A DNA stretch of 63,486 bases from a virus. Its lineage: Duplodnaviria > Caudoviricetes. The position numbers were made by a program, and so were the translations under genes. The stretch covers positions 1-63,486 of the IMG/VR virus record IMGVR_UViG_3300036833_000428; one strand, written 5' to 3'. This document shows positions 9,057 to 18,772 of the stretch, piece by piece. The notes below the pieces were generated by a model. That model was given only the letters and a program-made list of their open reading frames with translations, was not told where the DNA came from and did not search any database. Numbering within the stretch: the first letter of the stretch is position 1; each line of letters opens with the position of its first letter.

Positions 9057-12000
9057 ATGGCCACCAACCTCATTCAGCTTTCTGATCAACTGAAGCACGT
9101 TTCCGATACGCAGTTGCAACAGGAATTGCAGCAGCCCTCGGGCGCGGTGCCGCCTTACCTGGTGCTGGCCGAGGCACAGCGGCGCTCGCTCATGCGGTCC
9201 GGTTCCCAAACGCAAGGGCAGCAGTCCACGGTTCTCGACGATACGCTTCGATCGCTGAACGCGCATCAGATGCCTCCGGCCGGTCCCGGCATGCCGCCGC
9301 CGCCGGCGGGCGCGCCTCCGGGCATGCCGCCGGTCAGTTTTCAGGGACAGCCGCCGAGCGGGCTGGGCGCCGCGGCACCGCCACCGGGGACTCCGCCGCA
9401 GAATTTTCAACCACCGCCGCCGCAGCCCATGCAGGAAGGCGGCCTGGTCGACGACTCAAACGATCAGGACTATCTGGCCGAGCTGGGCCGGCGCCAGCAA
9501 TGGGCGAGCGGCATGCTGTTGCCGGGCTATCGCGAAGGAGGGATTTATGGGCCGGCTGAAACCGCTCAAGACGCCCCCACTGCGTCGTATTTGCGGCGTC
9601 AATTTGGGGGTGCCACTGAGGAGTCTGATGGGGATGACAGTGGAGACGACGGTGAAGACTCCGACGAGGATAGCGCTGAACGTGAGCCTGAGGACAATGG
9701 AGAGGAAGATTCTGGGTCGGGAGGCGTGGGAGACGATGGTGAAGATGAACAAGAAGACGACGTCACCGACCTCCGCCCCTTCGGTCTCGGAGCAGCCACA
9801 GCCAGCCCCGCGGCAGCAGCCGCCCCCTCCGCCAGCACCACCGAAGCCGCCGCCGCGCCGCAACCCAACCTGATTAGCCGTCTCACCAAAGCCATTGCGC
9901 GCTTTGAAGGTTTTTATCCGGGGACGGTAGCCCACCGGAATAATAACCCCGGGAATCTTCGGTGGGCTGCGAACCAGGCAGACTCGCGCGGAGGTTTTGC
10001 GGTATTCCACGATGCCGCCGCCGGTTTTCGCGCGCTCGAGCAACACGTTTCGAAACTAGTCGATGAAGGTCTCACTCTCAATCAGTTCTTCGCCGGCAAG
10101 AAGGGCGTCTATCCCGGCTATGCGCCGGCGGCGGATCACAACTCGCCCTATCACTACGCGTCGACCGTAGGCACCTGGCTGGGCGTCCCGACGAATGTGC
10201 CGCTCGATCAGCTGAGCGGAAAAGGCATGCAGAAGGGCGGTGAGTTCGAAGAGGACGAGGACGGCCGGGATTACAACCCATACGCCGCGGAGTTAGGCAG
10301 CGCGGACGATGGCGGTGACGGCGATCCATTCGCCGCTCGATTTGATGATGGCGGAGATGATGATGGTGGCGATGGCGGTGGGGCTGACGATGGTGGTGCT
10401 GACGGTGATAGTGACGAGAACGATCAAACACCGCAGATTCCCGAAACCGAGGAAGAAGCCGATCGCGAAGCGCCCCAGGAGGTGACGCCGCAGGGCGCCG
10501 AAGCTCGGGGGGAAGCTGACCGGGAAGCGCCTGAATCTCCCGGCTGGCGTGAAGCGACTCCTGAAGAAATCGCTGAATCTGCTCGAGCTCAAGTGGCGCC
10601 CGAGCAGCCGCTGCCTCCGCAAGGAGACTGGATGGGCATTACGTCTCCTCAAACTTCCAGCGAGACAGTCGCTCCTCCTGCCCCGGCCGACACGACTCAA
10701 CCGACAGGCCTCGCAACCGCAAGCGGTCCAGATGATATGGCCTGGTGGCAACAGTTCCAGAAGCAGAACCAGCTGAATCAGTCGCGCCTCGAAACTCTTT
10801 ACGGCAAGCTGCAACAGCGGCCTCCTATTGGCGATCTACTGCTGCGCATGGGGGCCGGCATGATGGCGGGAACCAGCCCGCACGCCATGACCAATATCGG
10901 CCAGGGCCTGCTAGGGGGCGTGAACGCCATGGATCAGCAGAAGCAGCAGCAACTGGCGAACACGCTGCGCGTACTGCAGGAAGAAGGCACGCTGAGCGGC
11001 CAGCAGGCGACGCTTGCCGTTCACGAGGCGGATCGCCGCGCTGCTCTTGCCAGACAGGTGGCCACGCAACAGGCGACAGATGCCCGCGCCGTGCTCAATG
11101 GCAAGCGCCGCGTGTGGGCTGAGCTGATCAAACTTCCGGGGGCCGAGGGAGCAGCGAATGCTCCTCCCGACGGAAAGCCTGTGGCAGTATCCGGCTACGC
11201 GTTCCACGAAGATCCGGACAACCCAGGCCAGGGCAAGTGGATATCGAAGACGCAAACGGTGCCGATTAAGCTAGCGGCGGCGGATATTCCCTATGCTTAT
11301 CAAGCCGGTATCGATCCGACCAAACCGGAGACGTTTAATGCGGCAAACATGGCCACGCTCACAGAACTGAAGCAAGCCGGGCGGCAGCAAAACCTGAATG
11401 CATTTCAGAGATATGCCGAAAAGTATTTGGGTAAACCATGGGCTCAGATCAATGCAGATGAGCAGGATGAAGCAGAGCAGCGTTACGCCAAAGAACGTCA
11501 CTTCACTGATCCCCAGGCCCAGGAACTCAGGCAGCAGGTTCACGACGACACGCAAACATATCGGGGCCAACAGCAGCTCATGACCGGTTACCATCAGAAC
11601 CGCCAGGAGATCGTCAAATTGCAGGACGGGGTTAACAAACAGATGGAGCCCCTACTTGCGTTGCAGGAAATGTTGCGTAACGTCAATCCGACAACGGCAT
11701 CCTTAATTCCGATCGATGCCATCCGCACAATCGTTGGTGGCGCCGGTTCGAATGTTCGCGTGAATATCCCGGAGATCAACCAATATATCCATGGCCGCTC
11801 CAACTGGGACGAAATGAAGGCGCTTTTGCAGGGATGGAAAAGCGGGGTCAAGCTTACGGACCAGCAGCTGGATGCCACTCGCGCATTAGCCGATTACACA
11901 CTCAGCAAATTGCAGGCGCGCCAGCAATTGCTCGAGTGGCATTCCACTCGCCTGTTGGGAGCCAAGAGCACGGCGGAGCAGAACCAGGAAGCAGCTCGGG

Positions 12001-12152
12001 CGCAGGAGGACGTGAACAAGATCAATCGTGGTTACGTTCCGGTTCAACTCTCGAATGGAGACTGGCGCCTGGCGGCTAATCCGGAGGAAGCCAACAAACT
12101 CATCGGGTCGCAGGTCGATCCCGATGCCGTACTGAAGAATATTAAACCCTGA
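9057..12152 (+). CDS. Large internal virion protein with a lysozyme-like (RNNNPGNL) domain
   Basis: Likely start MATNLIQ at 9057; AIARFEG...RNNNPGNLRW...FAVF...GFRAL...YAP..DHN..Y domain between acidic disordered blocks. Confidence 0.8.
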   Translation: MATNLIQLSDQLKHVSDTQLQQELQQPSGAVPPYLVLAEAQRRSLMRSGSQTQGQQSTVLDDTLRSLNAHQMPPAGPGMPPPPAGAPPGMPPVSFQGQPPSGLGAAAPPPGTPPQNFQPPPPQPMQEGGLVDDSNDQDYLAELGRRQQWASGMLLPGYREGGIYGPAETAQDAPTASYLRRQFGGATEESDGDDSGDDGEDSDEDSAEREPEDNGEEDSGSGGVGDDGEDEQEDDVTDLRPFGLGAATASPAAAAAPSASTTEAAAAPQPNLISRLTKAIARFEGFYPGTVAHRNNNPGNLRWAANQADSRGGFAVFHDAAAGFRALEQHVSKLVDEGLTLNQFFAGKKGVYPGYAPAADHNSPYHYASTVGTWLGVPTNVPLDQLSGKGMQKGGEFEEDEDGRDYNPYAAELGSADDGGDGDPFAARFDDGGDDDGGDGGGADDGGADGDSDENDQTPQIPETEEEADREAPQEVTPQGAEARGEADREAPESPGWREATPEEIAESARAQVAPEQPLPPQGDWMGITSPQTSSETVAPPAPADTTQPTGLATASGPDDMAWWQQFQKQNQLNQSRLETLYGKLQQRPPIGDLLLRMGAGMMAGTSPHAMTNIGQGLLGGVNAMDQQKQQQLANTLRVLQEEGTLSGQQATLAVHEADRRAALARQVATQQATDARAVLNGKRRVWAELIKLPGAEGAANAPPDGKPVAVSGYAFHEDPDNPGQGKWISKTQTVPIKLAAADIPYAYQAGIDPTKPETFNAANMATLTELKQAGRQQNLNAFQRYAEKYLGKPWAQINADEQDEAEQRYAKERHFTDPQAQELRQQVHDDTQTYRGQQQLMTGYHQNRQEIVKLQDGVNKQMEPLLALQEMLRNVNPTTASLIPIDAIRTIVGGAGSNVRVNIPEINQYIHGRSNWDEMKALLQGWKSGVKLTDQQLDATRALADYTLSKLQARQQLLEWHSTRLLGAKSTAEQNQEAARAQEDVNKINRGYVPVQLSNGDWRLAANPEEANKLIGSQVDPDAVLKNIKP

Positions 12153-14188
12153 TGCCTACCATTGAAGATTTGGGCCGCACCATGAAGGCGCAATTTCCCG
12201 GTAAGTTTGACAAGTTTACCGATGCTCAGGTGGGAGCATCCGTAAAGCAAACCTACCCGGATCGGTACAACTTCTACACCGATGTGGCGCAAACTCCTGC
12301 AACCAAAACTGTAACGCCACCGCGTTCTCCGGAAGAGGAACAATTCCGCAATGCGGTGGGCAATTTCGCGGGCGCGTTTTATGAGGGAGTCAAACCGTTC
12401 GTGGACATCGGCCGCGGCATTATCAGTAATGACCCGAATCAAAACGATCAGGCTCGAGAGATAGCGAGAAGCATGGTCACGAGCGGAGCCCATGAACTTC
12501 TCGACCCCTTCTTGGGAAAAGGGCGGGTCGTGAATGAACTCAACCAGGCCAGTGACGCCTGGCAACATGGCAATTACGGTCAAATGGCGTATCACCTGGC
12601 GGGGGCCGTTCCCCTGTTCGGAGGGCAAACGCAGCAAGTTGCGAATGACTTTCAGAACGGCGATTATGCCAGGGGATTTGGTCACGGAACCTTTCTAGCC
12701 GCCAGCATGCTTGGCCCCAAATTGGCGCCTAAAATTTTGCCCCCATTAGCCAACCTGGCGGAGTTGGGTGGTGCCACCATTCGTGGAACGGCCACCGGAC
12801 TGGCAAAGGCCGCTATTCGGCCTGTGGACATCCTCCCCAGTTTTCATACGCCCTGGGTAAGCATGAAGCAGCCCTTTGTTGGTCCGGCTGCTGTGAGGGG
12901 CCCCCTGTATGGCGCTACTGCCGGTTCGCTTTTAGCCGGTAAAATCGGCTTGCCTCCAGGGCTTGGCGGCCAGGCGGGAGCGGTACTCGGATTAGGCGCC
13001 GAAGTGTTGCCGGGAGCCTACCGCGGGGCTGCGGCAGAGATCGCCGATACTCTGGCTCGTATTCGGGCGCGGCGAGGGCCGCCGCCAGGTGGAGGAGGCG
13101 GTGGTGGTGGTGGCGCTGGAGCTCCGCCCCCAGGTGGGGCTTTGACACGGCCGCTCCAGGTCGATGCGCGCGGGGCGCGTCCCAACTGGACCTACGGACA
13201 AAGAGGGCCGACTGTTGCACCGATGCCTCAGGAATTGCCGGCGGGCCCTGGAGATCCAAACTGGACCTATGGGAATCCGCCGGTTACGGTTTCTCCCATG
13301 CCCAAAGAGCTGCCATCCGGGCCTCCCATGCCGCCCGTGAAGCAGCCGATTATCACGCCACCGCCCGCGGACCCCAGCTACGTGAGAGCCGTACCGGCGG
13401 AATATGCTGTGCCGGAAGGAACAAAAGCCCCCGCTCCAAAGACTGCCGCTCCAGAAGCTGCTGCCCCAGAGGCAGCGGCTCCCGAGACGCCGGCGGAAAT
13501 GGAACCGGACGCGGAGTTGCTCGAAAGCATTTCTCAGGCGCAATTACAGAAGCCGTACAAGAGTCTGAAGGCGAATGACCAGCAGAGCGTCTACAACATT
13601 GGCCGGCGTATTCTGAATCCCCTGCCGGTTGAAACGGGCCCACCACTGGTCCCACCAGGAACGAAGCCGGCGGTTGAGATTCCGGCACCGGAGTTGACCT
13701 ACCAATCGCCGACAGCCACACCAGAACCAGCTGCAACAACGCCGTCGCCTACGCCCGCTGCCGCGACGCCGCTACCTACGCCCGCTGCAGCAACACCCGC
13801 TGTCGCAACACCTGTTGAAACAACGCCATCAGAGGAGACTGCACCTACGCCTGCCGGAGCTCCCCAACTGCCTCCAGTTACGAAGACTGAAATGAACCGC
13901 ATGATCCACGCCAGGATTCAAAACATGGATTTGCCGGGATCAGCGGCGGGGAGCAAGGCGCCTGGATACGCCAGCGGTTTAGCGAAGGAAATGTACCCCG
14001 ATAGTTCCTATGAGCAACTCACCCTGCCGCAAATGCTGGAGCTGTACAACCAGGTTGGACGGCCGCTATTGGGTGGTCCCTATTCCAAGCGGCGTGGGGG
14101 CCGGATTGTGGACCGAGGCTATTTAGGCGATCTTCAACGAACCAGCTTGAGCAGGGAGGCTACTTTAAACCAGCTGCGGTCGCGGTGA
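12152..14188 (+). CDS. Putative internal virion (ejection-type) protein
   Basis: TGATG coupling; Gly/Ala hydrophobic helices followed by Pro/Thr-rich linkers. Confidence 0.7.
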   Translation: MPTIEDLGRTMKAQFPGKFDKFTDAQVGASVKQTYPDRYNFYTDVAQTPATKTVTPPRSPEEEQFRNAVGNFAGAFYEGVKPFVDIGRGIISNDPNQNDQAREIARSMVTSGAHELLDPFLGKGRVVNELNQASDAWQHGNYGQMAYHLAGAVPLFGGQTQQVANDFQNGDYARGFGHGTFLAASMLGPKLAPKILPPLANLAELGGATIRGTATGLAKAAIRPVDILPSFHTPWVSMKQPFVGPAAVRGPLYGATAGSLLAGKIGLPPGLGGQAGAVLGLGAEVLPGAYRGAAAEIADTLARIRARRGPPPGGGGGGGGGAGAPPPGGALTRPLQVDARGARPNWTYGQRGPTVAPMPQELPAGPGDPNWTYGNPPVTVSPMPKELPSGPPMPPVKQPIITPPPADPSYVRAVPAEYAVPEGTKAPAPKTAAPEAAAPEAAAPETPAEMEPDAELLESISQAQLQKPYKSLKANDQQSVYNIGRRILNPLPVETGPPLVPPGTKPAVEIPAPELTYQSPTATPEPAATTPSPTPAAATPLPTPAAATPAVATPVETTPSEETAPTPAGAPQLPPVTKTEMNRMIHARIQNMDLPGSAAGSKAPGYASGLAKEMYPDSSYEQLTLPQMLELYNQVGRPLLGGPYSKRRGGRIVDRGYLGDLQRTSLSREATLNQLRSR

Positions 14189-14403
14189 CGATCGAGCCAA
14201 TCCTGGATAGGGGCCTGATTTGAATCGTAAACCACGGCCCACTCCTGCTCCCGCTCGGGAGCCTGCGGTTTTTGAAGTTGCTCGCGCAAATCATCTAATG
14301 GCAAGCCCAGCTCTTTATGAACGTCGATTGCGTTCTTCATGGCGCTAGCCTGAAGCGCGGCATAGACCGCGGGGCCGAAAATCAACAGTAAAAGGAGATC
14401 CAT
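14134..14403 (-). CDS. Small membrane-anchored protein
   Basis: Hydrophobic N-terminus MDLLLLLIFGPAVYAAL. Confidence 0.55.
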   Translation of the reverse strand: MDLLLLLIFGPAVYAALQASAMKNAIDVHKELGLPLDDLREQLQKPQAPEREQEWAVVYDSNQAPIQDWLDRHRDRSWFKVASLLKLVR

Positions 14404-14440
14404 ACCCTGTCCCAGTTTGACGCCCCATCGGCGGCGCGCG

Positions 14441-14797
14441 CTACGGGGAATGGGTGAAACCGCGCTTTTCTTTTTGACTGCGAATCAGAATCGCGAGCGA
14501 TTGCTCGGCGTAAGTCAGAAGCTCGGCATCACTCCACCACCAGAGTTCTTGCCGATCCACTTTCCGGTGTAATGTTTGCTCGATGAATGTCTTCACAGCC
14601 TGGCGCAATTCTTTCCTTTCCGAGAAATTGAGATCGTATCCGCGCAAATTACGCAGAACCCTCCGGGCTATGATCAGGTCGTGCTCGCGCGCTGTACGGG
14701 GCCGCGAGGCCTTCACGGCTGAATCCCCAGCTTGATCTCGATACGGAGTGGGTGAAGGTGAAACATCAATGGATCTTGAACGTTTCTCCCTCATCAT
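14441..14797 (-). CDS. Hypothetical protein
   Basis: Open frame within the leftward cluster beside attP. Confidence 0.5.
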   Translation of the reverse strand: MMREKRSRSIDVSPSPTPYRDQAGDSAVKASRPRTAREHDLIIARRVLRNLRGYDLNFSERKELRQAVKTFIEQTLHRKVDRQELWWWSDAELLTYAEQSLAILIRSQKEKRGFTHSP

Positions 14798-15023
14798 CTA
14801 TCGCCATGCCAAACGATCGCGCAGTCTTGTGAATTGCTGGATCTTTGAGGGCTTCTTGAAGAATCGCATCAAGTTTAGCGAGCGCGGCCTTCCGTTCAGG
14901 GGTTTCCGGCAGGCAAGCAGCAGCGTGGTGCGCGGTCAGATCGAAAAACTTGAGCAGTTCTAGTTTTTGTTCGGGACTCGCACGGTCCATAAGGTTCAAA
15001 AACTGCTCTTTGGTTAATGCCAT
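14766..15023 (-). CDS. Hypothetical helical protein
   Basis: AAGGAAGG RBS upstream of MALTKEQFL. Confidence 0.65.
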   Translation of the reverse strand: MALTKEQFLNLMDRASPEQKLELLKFFDLTAHHAAACLPETPERKAALAKLDAILQEALKDPAIHKTARSFGMAIDDEGETFKIH

Positions 15024-15043
15024 AAGCAACCTTCCTTGCCCGC

Positions 15044-15583
15044 CTACCCGATGGCCCCCTCGTCAGCATCGCCGGCAGAAATAATGCCCTGGTACAAATC
15101 GAGAAACCAGGAATGCTGGGGCTCGGGATGAGGCTGAGACCGATACCAATCGAGAAACCATGAATGCGGGGGAGGAACCCCACTCCAAGCATCCGGGCCA
15201 TAGACCACAACGCCCAAGGAGGGATCTCCCTCCGGATAGACAAAGCGGTATTCGGGAGCCGGGCCGTAGACCACAACGGCCAAGGAGGGAGCATGCCAGC
15301 GGCTCACAGCCAAGTGTTGGATGTCGTCGGGGATATCCAGATCACGAAAGTCAGCGAGTTCCCGCGGATGTTGAAACTCGTAGAAGTGACAGGCGTAGGG
15401 CTCAGCATCATACGGAGTCCAGTCACCGCGAGCGCGAGCGAATTCCACTACCAGGATGAAGCGGCCGTCAAGGCGGTATCCGCGCCAGAACCGGTCGTCT
15501 TCTTCATCGTCAGACCAGGTGCGGTCAAATATCGGCACGCCGCCCAGCTGTTGAATTTGAGCAATTTTTTCGAGTGGGGTCAT
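15044..15583 (-). CDS. Hypothetical protein with internal duplications
   Basis: AAAGGAG RBS before ATG 15583; PSLxVVVYGP twice and HSWFLDxY twice. Confidence 0.65.
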   Translation of the reverse strand: MTPLEKIAQIQQLGGVPIFDRTWSDDEEDDRFWRGYRLDGRFILVVEFARARGDWTPYDAEPYACHFYEFQHPRELADFRDLDIPDDIQHLAVSRWHAPSLAVVVYGPAPEYRFVYPEGDPSLGVVVYGPDAWSGVPPPHSWFLDWYRSQPHPEPQHSWFLDLYQGIISAGDADEGAIG

Positions 15584-15884
15584 GAGAGCTCCTTTCTGTG
15601 AAAGCCGCGGCCTCTGTGCGGCCACTTCCTCACCTACGAGCGAGCAATTGTAAGCATAGAAAGGAGCCACGCAGAGGCCTGCGGCGATCGATTCGGATTC
15701 TAGGGCGCTTACAACCCCTATCGGTACTCTCGAGGTCTCGAATCGAAGTTTGAGCATAGGACGGAAATCGGCATAGATCAAGTGATTTTTAATCACTCCT
15801 AGCGAAATCTGTGCTCTTCCAAACGGGCAATGCGTTCGGTTTGCACCGACCCGCGTAAGCTTGTTGCACCGGAGGGACTTCCGA

Positions 15885-16119
15885 ATCTGCCCAAAGCGTT
15901 CGACTTTGGGCAGATTCATGGGCAGATTCGTCCACCCCCGCCATTTATTGGACTTTTTGCCCATCTAAATTGGCCTCAGTCCATCCTAAATTATTGAAAA
16001 ATAAGGAAATTAAGCTGGCTTCGAACCAGCAGGCCGCACGTTCGAGTCGTGCCGGGCGCGCCAGGAATCAATAACTTACAGGCATCTATTTTAGGCGCTT
16101 TGGGCAGATATGGGCAGAT
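15885..16119. promoter_or_regulatory. attP region with integrase arm-type repeats and an IHF-like site
   Basis: TGGGCAGAT at 15907, 15919, 16101 and 16111 and inverted at 15885; AATCAATAACTTA (WATCAANNNNTTR match) at 16066-16078. Confidence 0.8.
16014..16063 (+). other. attP core: 3' half of tRNA-Arg (anticodon UCG)
   Basis: GCTGG-CTTCGAA-CCAGC anticodon arm, GCACG-TTCGAGT-CGTGC T arm and acceptor strand ending CCA; no 5' half; just upstream of the integrase. Confidence 0.9.
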
Positions 16120-16139
16120 TGGTGGTAAACTGCTCATTC

Positions 16140-17345
16140 ATGGCGAGGAAACGAATTGTCGAAGGCCCCATCGGTAACGGTTGGATCGATGAAGTGAGAA
16201 CAGATAACGGTGTGCGGTTTGTGGCGCGATGGAAGAAGTTCGTCGCTGATCCCGAAGCACCAGAAGGACGTCGTCGAATCAACGGTGGTCAATACGAGAT
16301 CGGCCCAAAGGTCTACCATGGTCCTGGCCTTAAGTCGAAGAAGGACGCTGAGAAAGCATGGCTCCAAATCTGTGACACAGTTATGGGGCGGGTAGTCGAC
16401 ATACCAGCAGGGCTGAAAGCAAAAAAAACCCTTCGCTGGTTCACTGAGGAAGACCCAGAGGGATTTCGCAAGCACCGGGAAAAACGCTGGAGTGGCAGCA
16501 TGCCCAAATGGTACGACTACCTGATGAACAACTTCATCCTCAGACGCTTCGGAGACACAGCTCTGAGCGAAATGCGCGAACAGGACATGCAGGCCTTCTT
16601 GAACGAATTGGCAAACAACGAGTACTCCGAGTCCGTTGTCAAAAACACCAAGACCTACCTCAATGCAATCCTCGATGAAGCGAAAGAACAAGGCGCGCTC
16701 CAGGTGAATCCAGCGCGCAATTTAATTAAGCCACGGAACACTCGCAAGCCACAGCGCTCCTTCATCACGGCTGAACAATACCAGAAGGTCATCGTGGCCG
16801 CCCCCACTTTCCGGGATCGTTTGATGATGGCGATTCTTTATATCGTCGGCCTGCGTCGCGGCGAATTGTTCGGCCTGCAATGGCGCGATTGGAATGGCAC
16901 GAACACGCTCATGATCGAACGTCAGATCCTGGAGGATCTCAGTGTCGGCCCCGCAAAGAGCGATGGGTCAATCGCGCCCGTGGTCATCCCCACAGACGTA
17001 GCCAGGGATCTTAACGAGTGGCGCAAATGGTGTCCTGATTCCAGCTCCGAAGGCTGGATTTTTGCTTCACCCCGCAAGGCGCATATCAATCCCGGCTTCT
17101 GGCGCAAAACCGTACTGATCCCGGCCGGCAGTGCAGCCGGGATCGTCAAGCTCAGCTTCCACGCATTTCGTCGCGGATTCGCTACCGAGGCGCATAGCCA
17201 AGGCGCTACAGATAAATCCATTCAGGCACAATTGCGGCACAGGCAGGCCAGCACCACCCGCGACCTCTACATGCAGCCCATCGCCGAGGATCAGCGCCAA
17301 AGCGTCGAGACCTTTTCTAAAAGGGTTAACACGAGACCCAACTAG
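16140..17345 (+). CDS. int: Tyrosine integrase
   Basis: GLRRGELFGLQWRD, K (PAKS), FHAFRR, LRH and DLY catalytic motifs. Confidence 0.95.
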   Translation: MARKRIVEGPIGNGWIDEVRTDNGVRFVARWKKFVADPEAPEGRRRINGGQYEIGPKVYHGPGLKSKKDAEKAWLQICDTVMGRVVDIPAGLKAKKTLRWFTEEDPEGFRKHREKRWSGSMPKWYDYLMNNFILRRFGDTALSEMREQDMQAFLNELANNEYSESVVKNTKTYLNAILDEAKEQGALQVNPARNLIKPRNTRKPQRSFITAEQYQKVIVAAPTFRDRLMMAILYIVGLRRGELFGLQWRDWNGTNTLMIERQILEDLSVGPAKSDGSIAPVVIPTDVARDLNEWRKWCPDSSSEGWIFASPRKAHINPGFWRKTVLIPAGSAAGIVKLSFHAFRRGFATEAHSQGATDKSIQAQLRHRQASTTRDLYMQPIAEDQRQSVETFSKRVNTRPN

Positions 17346-17560
17346 GCGGACCGCTCCCATTTTGGTCGGGTTTCGGTTTGCGTATCGATAAAGCGCTTGA
17401 TATCGGCAAGCCGAAACCTAACCTTCCTTCCCATCCGCACATGCGGAATGATCGGTTCAATGCGCGTTGTATGGTCACGGATCCACTGTCTTGAGACTCC
17501 GAGAATTGTCGCGACCTCTGCGGCGTCGAGCAGTGTCTCAATGCCTTCCATTACTCTCAT
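17342..17560 (-). CDS. xis: Excisionase-like HTH protein
   Basis: LLDAAEVATILGVSRQWI...IPHVRMGRKVRFRLADI; convergent with int. Confidence 0.85.
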   Translation of the reverse strand: MRVMEGIETLLDAAEVATILGVSRQWIRDHTTRIEPIIPHVRMGRKVRFRLADIKRFIDTQTETRPKWERSA

Positions 17561-17573
17561 TCCCTCTCCCCAC

Positions 17574-17759
17574 TCACCGCTCCAATATGTCTCCGGTCAG
17601 CACATAAGCCGCGTAGGTCGTGAGCGACACTCCCGCCGATTCAGCCCGCTGTTTGAGCTGCTGCAGGATCTCCTCCGGCAACGTCACGCGCAGCGTGGTG
17701 CGCGACTTCGTTTCGGGTGCGTCCATCTCAACTGCCGGTTCCACTCTGGATGTAGCCAT
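17574..17759 (-). CDS. Ribbon-helix-helix DNA-binding protein
   Basis: TLRVTLPEEILQQLKQRAESAGVSLTTY pattern. Confidence 0.75.
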   Translation of the reverse strand: MATSRVEPAVEMDAPETKSRTTLRVTLPEEILQQLKQRAESAGVSLTTYAAYVLTGDILER

Positions 17760-17765
17760 TCGTTT

Positions 17766-18188
17766 TCAATTCCCCTTTCGCCATTCCTGGAGCAGCCGGC
17801 CATAGCGCCAGCTCCAATTCCCGGCGTGCGCTTTTCTGCGCTTGTGGTATTGCCGGTCATAGCGTTCGAGCAGAAGGTCCATCATCGAAAAATCTTCCGG
17901 ATGCCCGCCATGCCGGTCGATCACCCGCGCGGCATACTCGCTGGCCTGATCCGTCAGAAGCCGCTGCCAGCGGCCCTCCGCCTCAAGCATCGCGGTCTCT
18001 CTCTCGACCCTGCGCTTCTGATCGAACTCCTCTATCTGCCGGAGGACTGGTCTCCAGCGCGCCGAGGGCTGAGCCTCCATAGCCTTGAGCGATTGCCGCA
18101 GGTCTTCCCGGTGCTCGGCCCGATAGTCGCGCTCCTCATCAAGCGTGGGACGGTGCTCCTCATCGGGAGTGGGAAGGCGAATCCGCAT
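17766..18188 (-). CDS. Hypothetical protein
   Basis: Charged helical ORF in the leftward operon. Confidence 0.6.
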   Translation of the reverse strand: MRIRLPTPDEEHRPTLDEERDYRAEHREDLRQSLKAMEAQPSARWRPVLRQIEEFDQKRRVERETAMLEAEGRWQRLLTDQASEYAARVIDRHGGHPEDFSMMDLLLERYDRQYHKRRKAHAGNWSWRYGRLLQEWRKGN

Positions 18189-18198
18189 ACGGTCACAC

Positions 18199-18339
18199 CT
18201 AGCGGCTCACGAGCGTCGACAGCAGCCACAGAAACAAACCCGCCGCCACCAGATTCCCGCGCGGCGTGCTGATGCCCACGGCCGCAAACACAAAACAAAT
18301 CAAGGCCAAAATAACTAAGACCAAATGCAGCCCTTCCAT
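18199..18339 (-). CDS. 46-aa two-helix membrane protein (holin-like candidate), not in the ORF track
   Basis: AGGAGG RBS; MEGLHLVLVILALICFVFAAVGISTPRGNLVAAGLFLWLLSTLVSR. Confidence 0.75.
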   Translation of the reverse strand: MEGLHLVLVILALICFVFAAVGISTPRGNLVAAGLFLWLLSTLVSR

Positions 18340-18373
18340 TGATTCCTCCTATTCCCCTTCCCGATCTCCCAGG

Positions 18374-18772
18374 TCATGCCACCTCGCCCTTCTTCATGGC
18401 TTCCAGCCACCGCAGGCAAATCGAACACAACTCGAGCGGGAAAGGCCTGCCGTATTCAATCGAGCGCCGCGTCTCGAGGTTTTCCACTACGGTCTTGCCG
18501 CAAAAGCCCATGCGGTTGTTCGTCGCGAAGACCAGATGCAAGCGCCGGCCGCGATCGCGTCCGGTCTGAATCCGCAAATGCGGGTGCTCATGAAAAAAAT
18601 GCGCCTGGAGCGCCACGATCTCGCGGTGATAGCGTTCGTGCAAACAGGCGCGACACATTTCCCCCAGGTCCGTCGTCCGCGTTCCGCACGACCGACAGGG
18701 ATGCTCCGCAGCCTGCCCCCGGGCCGGCAGGAAGGGGGTCAGCTCGATCCCGTTATCAATGGGCCTTTCCAT
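18374..18772 (-). CDS. Cys/His-rich putative zinc-binding protein
   Basis: CRSC, CRAC, H...FCG and CSIC motifs. Confidence 0.65.
   Translation of the reverse strand: MERPIDNGIELTPFLPARGQAAEHPCRSCGTRTTDLGEMCRACLHERYHREIVALQAHFFHEHPHLRIQTGRDRGRRLHLVFATNNRMGFCGKTVVENLETRRSIEYGRPFPLELCSICLRWLEAMKKGEVA

Noticed and set aside
6740-14188. Tape measure protein / long-tail module
   Set aside because: No tail tube, sheath or chaperone pair was found; nozzle, adaptor and ejection-type genes fit a short-tailed virion.
16014-16063. Functional tRNA-Arg gene
   Set aside because: No D arm or 5' acceptor strand; upstream is AT-rich arm DNA, so this is an attP core.
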